A stretch of 62,642 nucleotides of DNA, filler included, from Chrysochromulina tobinii (GCA_001275005.1; 7 parts of 7 records of this genome joined end to end with filler, not necessarily neighbours in it), one strand, 5' to 3'. Positions 44,517 through 55,462 are shown, counted from the whole stretch's first letter. Made by a program: numbers and translations. Notes: generated by a model from the sequence alone, not told the origin.

Positions 44517-46739
44517 CTAGACTCGCGTCACGCCGTTCTGTGTCAACCTGAACCGTGCCACTTCCTCAGGCTCTATTGTGAAGGGCAGCCCCGCGGGTGG
44601 CTCGCCGCGCTCGCCCAGCAGCGTGACGTAGTACTGCATGCGCCGCCGCTTGGCCTTGTGGGCCCGGTGGGCGCCGCCGCGGTGCCACAAGGTCGTGTCG
44701 TACAGCAGCACCGCCCCTTTGAGCAACGGCAGCGCCACCGGTTTTAACGTTGAGGGCCGCTGCGCCCCCGCCGCGAGCGAGACAGCCATGAAGGCGGCGT
44801 TGGCGTTGGCAGAGTGGGCGAAGGTGCCCGGGAAAATTTCGAGAGGCCCCATAGGCGCTGTAACCTCCATCGCCCCCACTTGGCACTTGAGTGCACGCGC
44901 CTCCAACGGCCAGTGAGCGCCGTTTGTGTCTGAATGAATTGGTTGGGCTACAGCGCCAGGCGCCGAGACGAGCATGCCGCTCTCCACGAGGCGCAGCGCC
45001 ACGTCGCCGCACTCGCCAGAGCTTGTCCCCAGCAGTGCTGCGCACACGAGAGGGTGGAGTACTTGGCCAACGGCTCGCAAGGCAGCGAGCACCGAGGGGG
45101 CTTGCAATGAGACGGCGAGGTGACGTCGCCGATGCGGCGCGAATGTGCTGTTGGTGGTCTCGTAGGCCGCGCCCGTTGCTCCCGTCGAGCCGGCGCCACC
45201 GCGGCGAGCATCCGATGATGGTTCCAAGATCACCGAATCCGTGAGCCCTTCTGTCCCTGATGCGCCGTCATGTGTGCTGTCACGGTCAACGACTCGGCCT
45301 TCCACTCTCTTGGCTTGACTTGACTTGGCTTGACTTGACTTGACTTCCAGTCTCTTGGCGCCCTGGCTGCTGAGCAGCGTGCGAAGGTGGCTCGCGAGGT
45401 CGTCGGCCAAGTGTGCCGGCAGCACATCGCGGATGATCACGGCGCCGTAGCGGCGGTAGACTGCGAGCGCACGCGCGAGCCACCTTCGCTCAGGAGCCTC
45501 AGAGGTAGCATTGACGGTCAGTGCGATCGCGGACGCGGGAACGCGCTTGATGCTCGATCCAGTGTCATCGTGAGCATCGACGTCCTTCTCGTCCTCGTCC
45601 TCCCCGTCTTCGTCCTTCGTGTCGCTGCCACTGCCGCCTCGGTCATCTACGGCCACACGCAGCGAGCTCGCGTGCGCCGTCTTGAGCACCGTCTGCCGCT
45701 CGCCCATCGGCGGCGGCGCCGTCTTGAGCACCGCCACCTCCGCCGCCGCCCCCGTTGCCGCCGTTGCCGCTGTTGCCGCCGCCGCTGTTGCCGCCGCCGC
45801 TGTTGCCGCCGCCGCTGTTGCCGCCGCCGCTGTTGCCGCCGCCGCCTCCCACTGCTCATGAGCATCGAGGAGTGTCAGAGAGTCGCTGCGAGGATAGAGG
45901 CCGATGGCACGCCGCCATGCGGCAGCAGCTTCGAACCTCAAAGCCGTCGGCGGCGTCGGCGGCGTCGGCGGAGACGTCGTCGTCGTCGCCGTCGCCGCCT
46001 CGGCCCGGCTGCAGTACAGCGAGGCCACGCCAGACCTATGCAATACGTCCGCATCGTGCGGCGCAAGCTTGGCGGCACGGCGCAGCGCTATGCGCGCGGT
46101 GCACGGCGCATGCAGGGCCATGCTCGCCTGTCCGAGCCCAAAGTAAGCCGCGCTTGCCTTGCGATCGAGCCGGAGCGCTTGCTTCATCGCCGCCACGGCC
46201 TCTGACGGCCGTCCGTCGGCGAGAAGCGCGTTGCCTGCCTCCACGTGCGCCGCGGCCGTGGGCGCGAGGCGGGCTGCATGAGCGCGGGCATCCGCAGAAC
46301 TGACCGCGTTGTGCTCGAGCGCACGCGCTAGCTGTGTGTAGGCTGCGGGGTCGCTCGGCGACAGGGCCGTTGCGGCTTGCAGAGGGTGCACAGCTTCAGA
46401 GGCACGACCTGCGCCGAGCAGCGCGATGCCAAGGTTGAGCCTGAGATCAAAGCTCTCAGGGTTAAGCCGCTCGGCACGTGCGAAGGATGCTGCTGCACGC
46501 GCAAAGTCGCCTGCAGCGACCGACTCCTGACCGTCGAGTGCGAGCAGAAACTCATTCGTCGGCAGCAAGGCAAGTGCGCTGCGCGTGCACGCGAGCGCCT
46601 CCTGACTTCGATCGTTGAGCGACGCAGTGGCATGACAAAGACGTTCGTGCGACCCTTCGGCCGGCACCGCTCGCGCGTAGAGACTGCGGGCTGTCTCGAA
46701 ATCGCCGCGTCGGGCGGCGGCGTCCCCATCGACTAACAT
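44517..46739 (-). CDS. TPR-repeat protein fused to a phytanoyl-CoA dioxygenase (PhyH)-type 2OG-Fe(II) domain
   Basis: N-terminal TPRs (RLNLGIALL..GR..EA); C-terminal YRRYGAVIIRDVL, PGAVAQPIHSDT, GPLEIFPGT, GAVLLYDTTLWHRGGAH and YYVT. Confidence 0.85.
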   Translation of the reverse strand: MLVDGDAAARRGDFETARSLYARAVPAEGSHERLCHATASLNDRSQEALACTRSALALLPTNEFLLALDGQESVAAGDFARAAASFARAERLNPESFDLRLNLGIALLGAGRASEAVHPLQAATALSPSDPAAYTQLARALEHNAVSSADARAHAARLAPTAAAHVEAGNALLADGRPSEAVAAMKQALRLDRKASAAYFGLGQASMALHAPCTARIALRRAAKLAPHDADVLHRSGVASLYCSRAEAATATTTTSPPTPPTPPTALRFEAAAAWRRAIGLYPRSDSLTLLDAHEQWEAAAATAAAATAAAATAAAATAAAATAATAATGAAAEVAVLKTAPPPMGERQTVLKTAHASSLRVAVDDRGGSGSDTKDEDGEDEDEKDVDAHDDTGSSIKRVPASAIALTVNATSEAPERRWLARALAVYRRYGAVIIRDVLPAHLADDLASHLRTLLSSQGAKRLEVKSSQAKSSQAKRVEGRVVDRDSTHDGASGTEGLTDSVILEPSSDARRGGAGSTGATGAAYETTNSTFAPHRRRHLAVSLQAPSVLAALRAVGQVLHPLVCAALLGTSSGECGDVALRLVESGMLVSAPGAVAQPIHSDTNGAHWPLEARALKCQVGAMEVTAPMGPLEIFPGTFAHSANANAAFMAVSLAAGAQRPSTLKPVALPLLKGAVLLYDTTLWHRGGAHRAHKAKRRRMQYYVTLLGERGEPPAGLPFTIEPEEVARFRLTQNGVTRV

Positions 46740-46774
46740 GCGAGAAGTCCGATTTGCGATGAAATCGAGCAAAT

Positions 46775-46833
46775 CAAGATCAAGTCAAGTCAAGTTTTCC
46801 GACTCGACTCGACTCGACTTGACTTGACTTGAC
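46775..46833. repeat. Inverted (CAAGT)n...(ACTTG)n microsatellite pair between divergent ORFs
   Basis: tcaagtcaagtcaagt-tttccgactcgactcgactcg-acttgacttgacttga. Confidence 0.8.
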
Positions 46834-46962
46834 GAACTCTGTCAAGCCCAAAAGCAGTTTCAGCCGGTTTCACTCCAGTTCGGAGCTGTAAGTTCTCTCC
46901 TTTTGCCGCGCTCATCCACTGCCATGTTATCGCCGCCGGGCTCAAAACGAGTGTGCGCGCCG

Positions 46963-48638
46963 ATGCCAGGCCTCGCCACGAGCGACGAAGACTTTCAAAT
47001 AGATGAGTACGGAAGCATCGGTGGTATCGTGCAACCGAGCGAAGCGCCTCCCGCGCCGCCCTCAACCGGCAACGATCGGATCAAGAGGATGTTCTTCAAC
47101 TTTGTGCAGCAAGAGCCGGGCAAGACGCGGCCAGAGTGCAGCTTCCCCAGCGGATCCTCTGAGAAGGCGATGCGCTCCCTTAGGACCGGCCAGAGTGGGC
47201 GGCACCCGATCTCCAGGCGGCCACTCTGCCTCATCCCCACCGCCGACATCCTACTCAGCTCGGGCAGCGAGAAGCTTGAGAAACGGCCGGCCGTCGCCAA
47301 GCGGCGGGCCGTCGCGAGCCGTGAGGACCACATCTCGCCTGCGATACCCGGCGCACTGCTCGCCTCGAGCCAGAAGCCGGCGAAGCGCCCGGCTCTCGCC
47401 AAGCGTCCGGCCGTCGTGAGCCATGAGGGCAAGGACGAGGTGACACTGATGGAAGTGGTCGCGCGCGTCATGCGAGAGGTGCGTGCTTGCCATCGTTCCT
47501 CGTCGCCACACCTGCCCGAGAATGCGTCGGCGAGACCCGCTGATAGCAGTGCTGGCAGAGGCGGCGGCAGCTGCTGCAGCAGCCTGACGAGCACTCACAG
47601 CGGCGCTCAAGGCGCTGGCAGCAGCAGCAGCAGCAGCAGCAGCAACGCCGCGACTATAGAGCCCCCCCGCGCAGCCGCGAACGGTACAGCGCTCACCGTC
47701 CGCCGTCGCGAGCACGACCGGCGGCGCAGAGGAAGCCAGCCGGGCGATCGTGGCGGAGGTGATGGCCCAGGTGCGATCCTGCCATCACAGCGCGCGGCCG
47801 CATCTGATGCCTCGAGCGCTCGAGCGGTTCTAAGGTCAGGTCTAGCACCTGCCATATCGCTGAGGACATGACGCTTTTTTTTGCCCAAGGAGGTGTCTAG
47901 AGGTGTGTCGAGACTCCCTGGAGTTAGAATGGGCTCCCCGGAGGCGCGGGGGGGGCGAAAACTTTGACGTGTTCGAAACGACGCGATCGTGGAACGAAGG
48001 CGCTTCGTCACTATGCGGATCGTGGAACGAAGGCCGGCATGCCGGAGCTCGTCACGCCTGAGCTCACACTCGTTCGCGTTGCTGATAAGGAGGCGCTGAA
48101 CGAGTACGCCACGGCTCGCACAGCTGCCGGGGCTAGCGTGGACAGACACCTTAAGGCGAATCTGTCGCAGCTGTTGGGTTTTGACCAGGTTGGAAATGAT
48201 CGAAAGAAAAGATGGGAAGCTTCAGATGGGACACGCGGCACATTCTACAATCTGGCAGACGTCTCGTGGTTTTATCACGCAGGCCTTCAAGAGGCGATCC
48301 CGCTCTTCGGCACGGCTGCTGCGAAGCACAGACAGCTTAAGCTCCAGCATGTCATCACAGATGGTGTTGACGTGTTCAAGCAGGTCATGGAAGGCAAGCG
48401 CTCTTCCAGAGAAGGATGGTTTTGTGACCTGCCGCCCCCAGCGCTAGCCACGCTACCTGATGGTGCTAGTATCATTGGACTCGCCGCGGCGCGGAATCAT
48501 GGGGCGGCAGGCACCGTGCTGCCAGACGCGCCACCCGTTGCCATCATTGGACCCGCCGTCACCGCGCCCGTCACCGCGCCCGTCGCCGTCGTCGTGCCCG
48601 CCGCGGCGCTCGCTGCAGCCGCCGCTATCCCCATCGCT
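46963..48638 (+). other. Unassigned ORF fragments (46903-47871 and 47964 to the gap)
   Basis: Open frames with protein-like composition but no recognisable family motif. Confidence 0.3.
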
Positions 48639-48738
48639 NNNNNNNNNNNNNNNNNNNNNNNNNNNNNNNNNNNNNNNNNNNNTTAATTAATTAANNNNNN
48701 NNNNNNNNNNNNNNNNNNNNNNNNNNNNNNNNNNNNNN

Positions 48739-50130
48739 CGCACGATGACGTCCTCGAATACAAGCGCGAAGGGGCAGCCGACTGGCTCGTCTCATGCGTT
48801 CCGGCCGACCTCCGCGACCTCATGCTCGGGGGCGACAGGGCTATTGCCCAGTGTCCAGACCCAGCTGAGCGCGACGCAGCTCTACGTGAGCTCTTTATGT
48901 CGCGCGCCGGTCCAGACGGCTCGGCATGCGGCAAGGTTCGCCGATTCCTCGAGGCCCTCTACGAGGCATCGCCGGCGGACCATCTGCCGGCCTCGCGCCT
49001 GCTCGTGAACCGCGTCATCGTGCGCGAAGGGGTCCGCGCCCTGACAGCGGCGAAAGGCTCCCAAGGGGGGGCCACAGTTGCTGGCTCCATGAGAGCCGGC
49101 GCTATCGCGGCGTACAACATGGGCTTTCCCGTGGAAGCCGCCAATCTTCTCGTCGACGCGGCGGCACCGCCCGCCAAGAAGCGCACGCGAGACAGGCGCG
49201 CGGGATCCATCCCGATCAAATGGTACGCTGCGTTCGACCATTGGGCCCGCGCCCTGCCCCCAGGCATCCTGCGGATCTGGGTCCGGTCAGTGCTCATCGC
49301 CTGGCTCATCCTCCCGCCTTCGCCTGGTCGATGTGCTCCGGTCGTACATCCGCCACGGCGGCTATGCACCGGACGGCTCGTTGATCATTCAGGTCATCGC
49401 CAAATTCTCGAAGGACGGCCATCCCATTGATATCTATATCCGAGCGGGTGGCCCGCTCGGTGACTGGGAATGGGCCGAAGAGCACATCCAGCAAGTCCAA
49501 ACTTGGAAGTACTGCCTCCCGGCCTTCGAAGCCCCCGGGCACGCCGGTGACGTGACTTACGCGACGCGCATCCTTCCGAGGGTCGTCTCGCGACAGCACG
49601 CGATGTCCTCGCTCATAGCGATCACCTCGATGGCGCCTCTCAGCGCGACCAAGGAGGTATGGGCGGAGCTGACCGTCTCGGGTCACTCTGCTCACGGCTC
49701 ACCGTCGGACATGGCTGCCGTGATTGGCATGCACGCCCCCCCCGACATAGCCATGGGCGAAGCGGACGAGCGCGAGCTCGGCCACTGGCGCCGCCTCGCG
49801 CGGCAGGATAAGGACGGCGAGCTCGAGCTCGAGCCTGAGCTGCAGGAAGCGGTGCTGCACGCACAGCGCCAGCACGCCGGCCCCGGTGACACACGACCAG
49901 CGCCGACCGCGGCGACCGGTCAAGTGTTCGAGGCAGAGGACGCGGAGATGCGCGTCAGATATACCTCGGGTTCCAATCGAGAGGGACGGAGGCGCGCCCA
50001 GCTGCGCGTTCACCTTCGCTGGATCACAGCGCTTCGGCGCGCCCTTACGGTATTTGGTCGCCCTTGGGACCAGCTCCCCGGCGACCGGTCGGAATACGAC
50101 CTTCTCGAAGAACTCCCGCCTGCGGCTTAG
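48739..50130 (+). mobile_element. Divergent tyrosine-recombinase ORF (DIRS/Ngaro/Crypton-like), frameshift near 49312, 5' end in the gap
   Basis: Joining frames gives IAWLI..RLRLVDVLRS (catalytic R), AKFSKDG (K), VSGHSAHG (HxxR position with H), ELGHW and MRVRY (Y), in the correct order. Confidence 0.6.
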
Positions 50131-50497
50131 GCCTCACAGGTAGAGTAGCGTTGGGAATGTATGGCCAGCCGGAAGGCGAACGTTGGCGGGTTTCCGCCGG
50201 GCCAATCTTAACATTACCCATTGTACTCGTTACAACGGTGAGGCCGTATTCACATACATACCGTCTCGGAACGGTAACGAAGTCAGAGTTAGTGATCGAT
50301 GGAGCTGAGTTTTGAAAACAGTGAGCTTGTGCTCTCTCCGAGCGAGGGTTCGTGCGTGGTGTGGGAGGGCGCGACACAATAACAACCACAGAGAAGAAGA
50401 AGAAGTCAAGGTCACTCGCGTCGCGCGAGCGCGACTGATGCGTGATGGTTCCTCCGAAACTGTTGCCTGTTGGTCTTTAGGTGGTCAGTGCCTGAGG

Positions 50498-52103
50498 TCA
50501 CGCGTGCCCGGACTGCCGTCCCGAAGGGTGCTCGTTGGCAGGCGCGAGGGCGATCGCGACCGCAAGATTCTCGGCCGCGCGCCCCAGCTGCCCTTCAAGC
50601 GCAAGCGTTGTGCCCAGGCCGAAGTATAAGGCTGGATCGACGGGCGTCAGGCTGATGGCGACCTTGTAGTGACGCGCCGCCTCGGGCAGCCGTTGCTCGC
50701 GTCGCATCAGCTTTGCGAGGTAGGAGTGCACGGCGACGTGCCCCGGCTCTGCCTCCACCGCGCGCCGAAAGGCGTGCTCGGCCATTTGGACCTCTCCCGT
50801 GTCCATCAGGGTCGCCCCGAGGTTCACGTGAGCGTCGTACCTGCGGGGAGGGCGATCGGCGTCGTGGTGAGCACTCGCATGCAAGGCGCAAGGAGGCGTC
50901 GCCCCGAGGGCCACGTGCATGCATGCATGCCTCGGCGTCGTGGTGAGCACTCGCATGCAAGGCGCAAGGTGGCGTCGCCCCGAGGGCCACGTGCATGCGT
51001 GCATGCCTCACCAATGGGGCCACTGAGGACCTCCGCCGGAGAGGACCTCTGCCTTGATGGCGCGAGCATAGCGCCGTGCTGCCTCCGCCACCCGACCGGT
51101 GCGTTGGAGGGCCTCAGCATAGCAATACTGAGCGTGAGGCCAACCGCCCGAGGATCCCTTGAAGGATCCCTCCTCCAGGCCGTCCCCCCGGCCGTCGCCC
51201 TGTTCGTCACCTCTCATCGTTGTTCGCACTGCTCGCTCAAAGCTGGCCATCGAGCGCTCACCACGGCGCGAGTAGAACCATAGGTTGACCGCCGTGTTGA
51301 GGGCGGGCCATGCGGCGGCTTCTTCGAGCGACATAGCAGCTGTTCCATTCTCTGAGGCCGCGCAGTTCGCTCCAGCCGGGTCGGAGGCCGCGCACGTTGC
51401 TGCAGCGGCTGTGCCCTCCACCTGCGACGACGGCACGTGCATCGGTGCATGCATCGATGTCTCGTCCTCTGACAGGCCCGACACGACCGCATGAGACCAG
51501 AGGGCCGGTAGGAAGAGCGTCTGACCTGATGAGAGAGGCCATCAGAGGTCATCAGGGGTCATCAGGGGTCATCAGAGGTCATCAGGAGAGGGCCGGTAGG
51601 AAGAGCGTCTGACCCGGGCGCAGCTTGCATATGCGCGCGTGCGGCACGAGACGAGCCCACTCCTCGTCGCTGGGCGCTCCAGCCTCTCCTTCCAGATGCA
51701 AGACCTCCTCGTCAGCAAACACGGCAAGCGCGGCGTGATTCTCAAGTGTTGCACCGCCTCGACCACTCCGTGGCGAGTGCGTCTCAAACGAGAGCGATGG
51801 GCGGCCCGCAACTTCGGAGCCTGTGGCGTTCGAGTACACGTGCTCGGATCGGGGTCGATACCGGAGGAGCCCGTGCAGCTCCGGAGGAAAGAGCAGCACC
51901 TCCTTCTCGCCACGAAGCTGCACGAGGAGATTGTCGTGCCCGTCGTAGTGCAGCGCGGAGCGCATGCCCTTGTGCGGCGGGTTGAGCCACAGGTTTGACC
52001 GTTGGAGCGCATCGCCGGCTAGGTGCAGGGCGCGACGAAGCGGCAGCGCATCGCGCACCTTGGGTGAGTGGTCGAGCGAGACGGCCGAGGCGTACGCGTA
52101 GTG
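50498..52103 (-). CDS. JmjC/cupin_8 oxygenase with C-terminal TPRs (introns 51526-51613 and 50841-51011); 5' end in the gap
   Basis: SNLWL, SALHYDGHDNLLVQLRGEKEVLLFPP; spliced LRPGQTLFLPALWSHAV; spliced PHWYDAHVNLGATL followed by TPRs. Confidence 0.88.
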
Positions 52104-52203
52104 NNNNNNNNNNNNNNNNNNNNNNNNNNNNNNNNNNNNNNNNNNNNTTAATTAATTAANNNNNNNNNNNNNNNNNNNNNNNNNNNNNNNNNNNNNNNNN
52201 NNN

Positions 52204-52536
52204 TTCGGCGCAGGAGGTGCCGCCGGCATCGCGCCCGCCGCCGCCGTTATCTGTCAATCGAGCCCCGCCTCAACACTCGCCGGCGCGCCAGGCCGCGCGC
52301 CCACCCTGGGTTTCGGCGCTGGTTTTGGCGCTGGTGCCTCCGGCTTCGGCGCAGGAGGTGCCGCCGGCATCGCGCCCGCCGCCGCCGCCGTTATCTGTCA
52401 ATCGAGGCCCGCCTCAACACTCGCCGGCGCGCCAGGCGGCGCGCCCACCGTGGGTTTTGGCGCTGGTTTTGGCGCTGGTGCCGCCGCCGCAAAACTCGCC
52501 GAGCCTCAGCAACACATGCAACTACTGGACCTGTTC

Positions 52537-52570
<34 letters not shown>

Positions 52571-52577
52571 TGTTCAT

Positions 52578-52615
<38 letters not shown>

Positions 52616-53202
52616 TGTTCATGCAGCAGCAGGTGCAGATGCAGCAGCAGATGCAGCAGCAGCAGCAGCAACAGGCGCAGCAGCAGCAGCAGATGCGGCA
52701 GCAGATGCAGCAGCAGATTCAGCAGATGCAACAGATGCAGCAGCTCCAGATGCAGCAGCCGAAGGTGCAGCAACGATATGAGGAACATAAGGAACATAAG
52801 GAAGAGAAGAAGACGAAACATAGGAAAGCAAGGGAGGAAGAGAGGAGGAGGAACATCGGCCGCAGCAGCAGCCGCAGCAGCAGCCGCAGCAGCAGCCGCA
52901 GCCGCAGCCGCAGCAGCAGTAGCCGCAGCAGCCGCCGCAGTAGCCGACGCAGCAGCCACTGCAGCAGCCGACGCAGCAAGAAGCGCCGCAGTAAGAAGCG
53001 CCGCAGATCGGACAGTAGCGATGAGCTGCGCAGAAATGCAGTATTTCAGATCAACGAACGAGAGACTACTCTCGCGACGCTGCAAGAAATGCAAGCAATC
53101 GACACGTGTAACGAAACGCGCCTAGTGCGCGTACAGCAAATGGTGCGCATTCGCTTCGAGATTTTTCAGTTACGTCAACAGCATAGTGGAAGTGTGCTGT
53201 AG
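52204..53202 (+). CDS. Low-complexity polyQ + Ser/Arg-rich protein fragment with a ~140-bp tandem duplication at its 5' end
   Basis: ORF 52450-53202 (GFGAGFGAG, polyQ/M, RS-rich); 52204-52340 is repeated at 52344-52483. Confidence 0.5.
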
Positions 53203-53436
53203 CGCGTCGGTGTCAGTGTAGAGAGGCAGAGCTCAGAGCTGATCCGCCGCTGTCAGCCTCCCAGGTGTACAATGGCCTGGTAATTGGACACTTCTGAAGC
53301 ACGTCGGACATTGTGAGGTATTGACAGAACATTGTTAGGTATAGAATCCACTACAACACGGGAAGAGGTGCTATAAAACTTGAGCTCTGGTACTGTACCG
53401 GTATACAATAGTTTCCAAATCCGCGCCTTTCAACAA

Positions 53437-54552
53437 ATGCCAAAGACTTTGCGGGCCAAGGCGGCGACGAGGGCTGCGGCGCGGACGAGCAATGGCTCGA
53501 ATGCAAATCCGGCGCGTCCGACAGGCAGGACGCCTACGGAGGCCTCTGTGCGTCCGAAGCGAACCAATACTGTCGCGGCAATGGCGCGTACTGCCTCACA
53601 GCACCACTTAGCACAGTATGCGTCATCGGCTGCCTTTGGGCAGAAGAAGACTTCGGATCAGCGGAGACTTTCGCCATTGGAGTACGCTGCCCGCAAGAGA
53701 GATGGCCAATTAAGCGACGTGATGGCAGTCGTGTGCCTCATCGCCCACAACGGGGTGGTGCGTCCTGGCGCTTGGGTGGCATTCTTGCGGGACCACCCAC
53801 GCGTATCCATCGTCATCCACTCCAACAAGGACTTGCCTACCAAGCTCAAGGCATTTCGCTACCCTTTCGCAGCAGTCAGTGCATGGGAGGATATTTCGTT
53901 GTTCAATCTCATGGTTGGAATGGTGGGCTATGCGGTGCAGACCTACACCATGGTCAAATACATTTACACCTGTCCAGGCGACGGCATACCGATCGCAGGT
54001 GGTGATGCAATGGAGGATCCGAGGCGGCTGCAGCCCTCTCTGCCACAGGGGGCAAGTCTCCTGGGTATCCCTGCAGAAGAAGAGGAGCCCACCATGCCCA
54101 ATTGGGAGCCAGCCAGGGTGAAGGCGATGGCCAAGCAGGGTTACCTGGAGCCTATCCCAGCTCGATGTTACGGGTCGATGTGGGTCGGCCTATCGAGAGT
54201 GGATGCCGACCTTTTGATGAGTTTGGTGCCTCGTCACCAGGCCAGGTTGGCCGCGGCTTACCGCGCTGCATACGCGCACGCCGGCGCGGAGCACTCGGCT
54301 AGCCATGCTCGATTGGCCCCAGATGAGGAGTTCATTCCTTACCTACTTCACGTGATTGGCCGTCGCGCATGGCCCAAAGCCCACTTTCACATAATGGCGG
54401 AATTGCAGGCGCGAGGTCAAAAATGCCATCAGTGCGAATACAGGGCAGGACATGGAAAACTACTGACCGCCACGGAGGAAAAGCGGTTGAAGGAGGGGAG
54501 TGTGTGCTTGTTCATGCGCAAGGTGAAGGTCCAGGGTCCTGGAGGTGAGTGA
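53437..54552 (+). CDS. Core-2/I-branching (GT14/DUF266-like) glycosyltransferase homolog, intronless
   Basis: Ordered motifs W..FL....SIVIH, SAWEDISL, PGDGIPI, YGSMWVGLSR.DA, APDEEFIPYLL and CLFMRKV parallel the Branch family. Confidence 0.65.
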   Translation: MPKTLRAKAATRAAARTSNGSNANPARPTGRTPTEASVRPKRTNTVAAMARTASQHHLAQYASSAAFGQKKTSDQRRLSPLEYAARKRDGQLSDVMAVVCLIAHNGVVRPGAWVAFLRDHPRVSIVIHSNKDLPTKLKAFRYPFAAVSAWEDISLFNLMVGMVGYAVQTYTMVKYIYTCPGDGIPIAGGDAMEDPRRLQPSLPQGASLLGIPAEEEEPTMPNWEPARVKAMAKQGYLEPIPARCYGSMWVGLSRVDADLLMSLVPRHQARLAAAYRAAYAHAGAEHSASHARLAPDEEFIPYLLHVIGRRAWPKAHFHIMAELQARGQKCHQCEYRAGHGKLLTATEEKRLKEGSVCLFMRKVKVQGPGGE

Positions 54553-55165
54553 ATGGAGAGGTTTAGTGACAATCAGTTAAGTATACAAGCTCACACATGG
54601 TGTACGAAGCCACACACACACTCACGCCAAACCCTCCCCATTGGCTGGTCCACATGGTGCTGCTCCACCGCTGGCAGGGTGGCGCTGGCTCGTCCCGCGG
54701 CCCCCGTCGTGCGTCAACGTGCGCCGCCGACACGCCATAGCTCCGGGTGGTGTCGAGTAACGACGGTATCGTCACGACCGGCAGCTAGACCGCCGCCTTA
54801 TTGCTGCCTGCCGCCATCAGCAGCGGTTGTGCGCACTTGATGCCGCCTTGTGCACTGCGCTCCTTGACCTTCGCTGCACACCTGGCGCGCTCGTTGCGCG
54901 TGCCACCACAGCGCAGTAGTGACGCAGTAGTGACGCAGTAGAGCGTGCCACCGAAAAGCGTACCGCCGTCGAGGGCACTGCCATAGCGCATGCCAGCTGC
55001 GTGCTCTCGGCGTCGGACTGTCGCATGGCTCCGGAAAGTCCCAAACTAAGACAAGTGTGAATTCACAGCAATCGTTGATATCAACCTTGTACTGTATTTT
55101 CACAACCCCGTTGCTTTGAAGTATATGACACAGGGCGACCCCCTTTCAGAGCGAGTGAACGACTA

Positions 55166-55462
55166 CTCTAGATAGATCGGAGTGTCCCAAAGTTGAGTGT
55201 CCCATTTTTCGGGACACTCGCGATCTGGTTCAACGAGCTCATACCTACCTTCATGCAAGTTCGATGCATGGATTACACGTCCATGCAGCATGCTATGGAC
55301 TTCACGCATGTTCACGTCGGTGAGATAGCTATGCCGTAGCTCATACTTCACGTACAAGGTACCGGTCAGACGAACATACATGAAGGTAGGTATGAGCTCG
55401 TTGAACCAGATCGCGAGTGTCCCAAAAAATGGGACACTCCGTGGGACACTCCGTATCTAGAG
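55166..55462. mobile_element. 297-bp MITE-like element with ~90-bp TIRs and TA flanks (Tc1/mariner type)
   Basis: TA|CTCTAGATA...cgcgatctggttcaacgagctcatacctaccttcatg is inverted at 55379-55462, ending TATCTAGAG|TA. Confidence 0.85.

Noticed and set aside
52540..53000. CAG/GCA expansions as a separate non-coding repeat system
   Set aside because: They are explained as coding polyQ and Ser/Arg tracts, as at 34820-36040.
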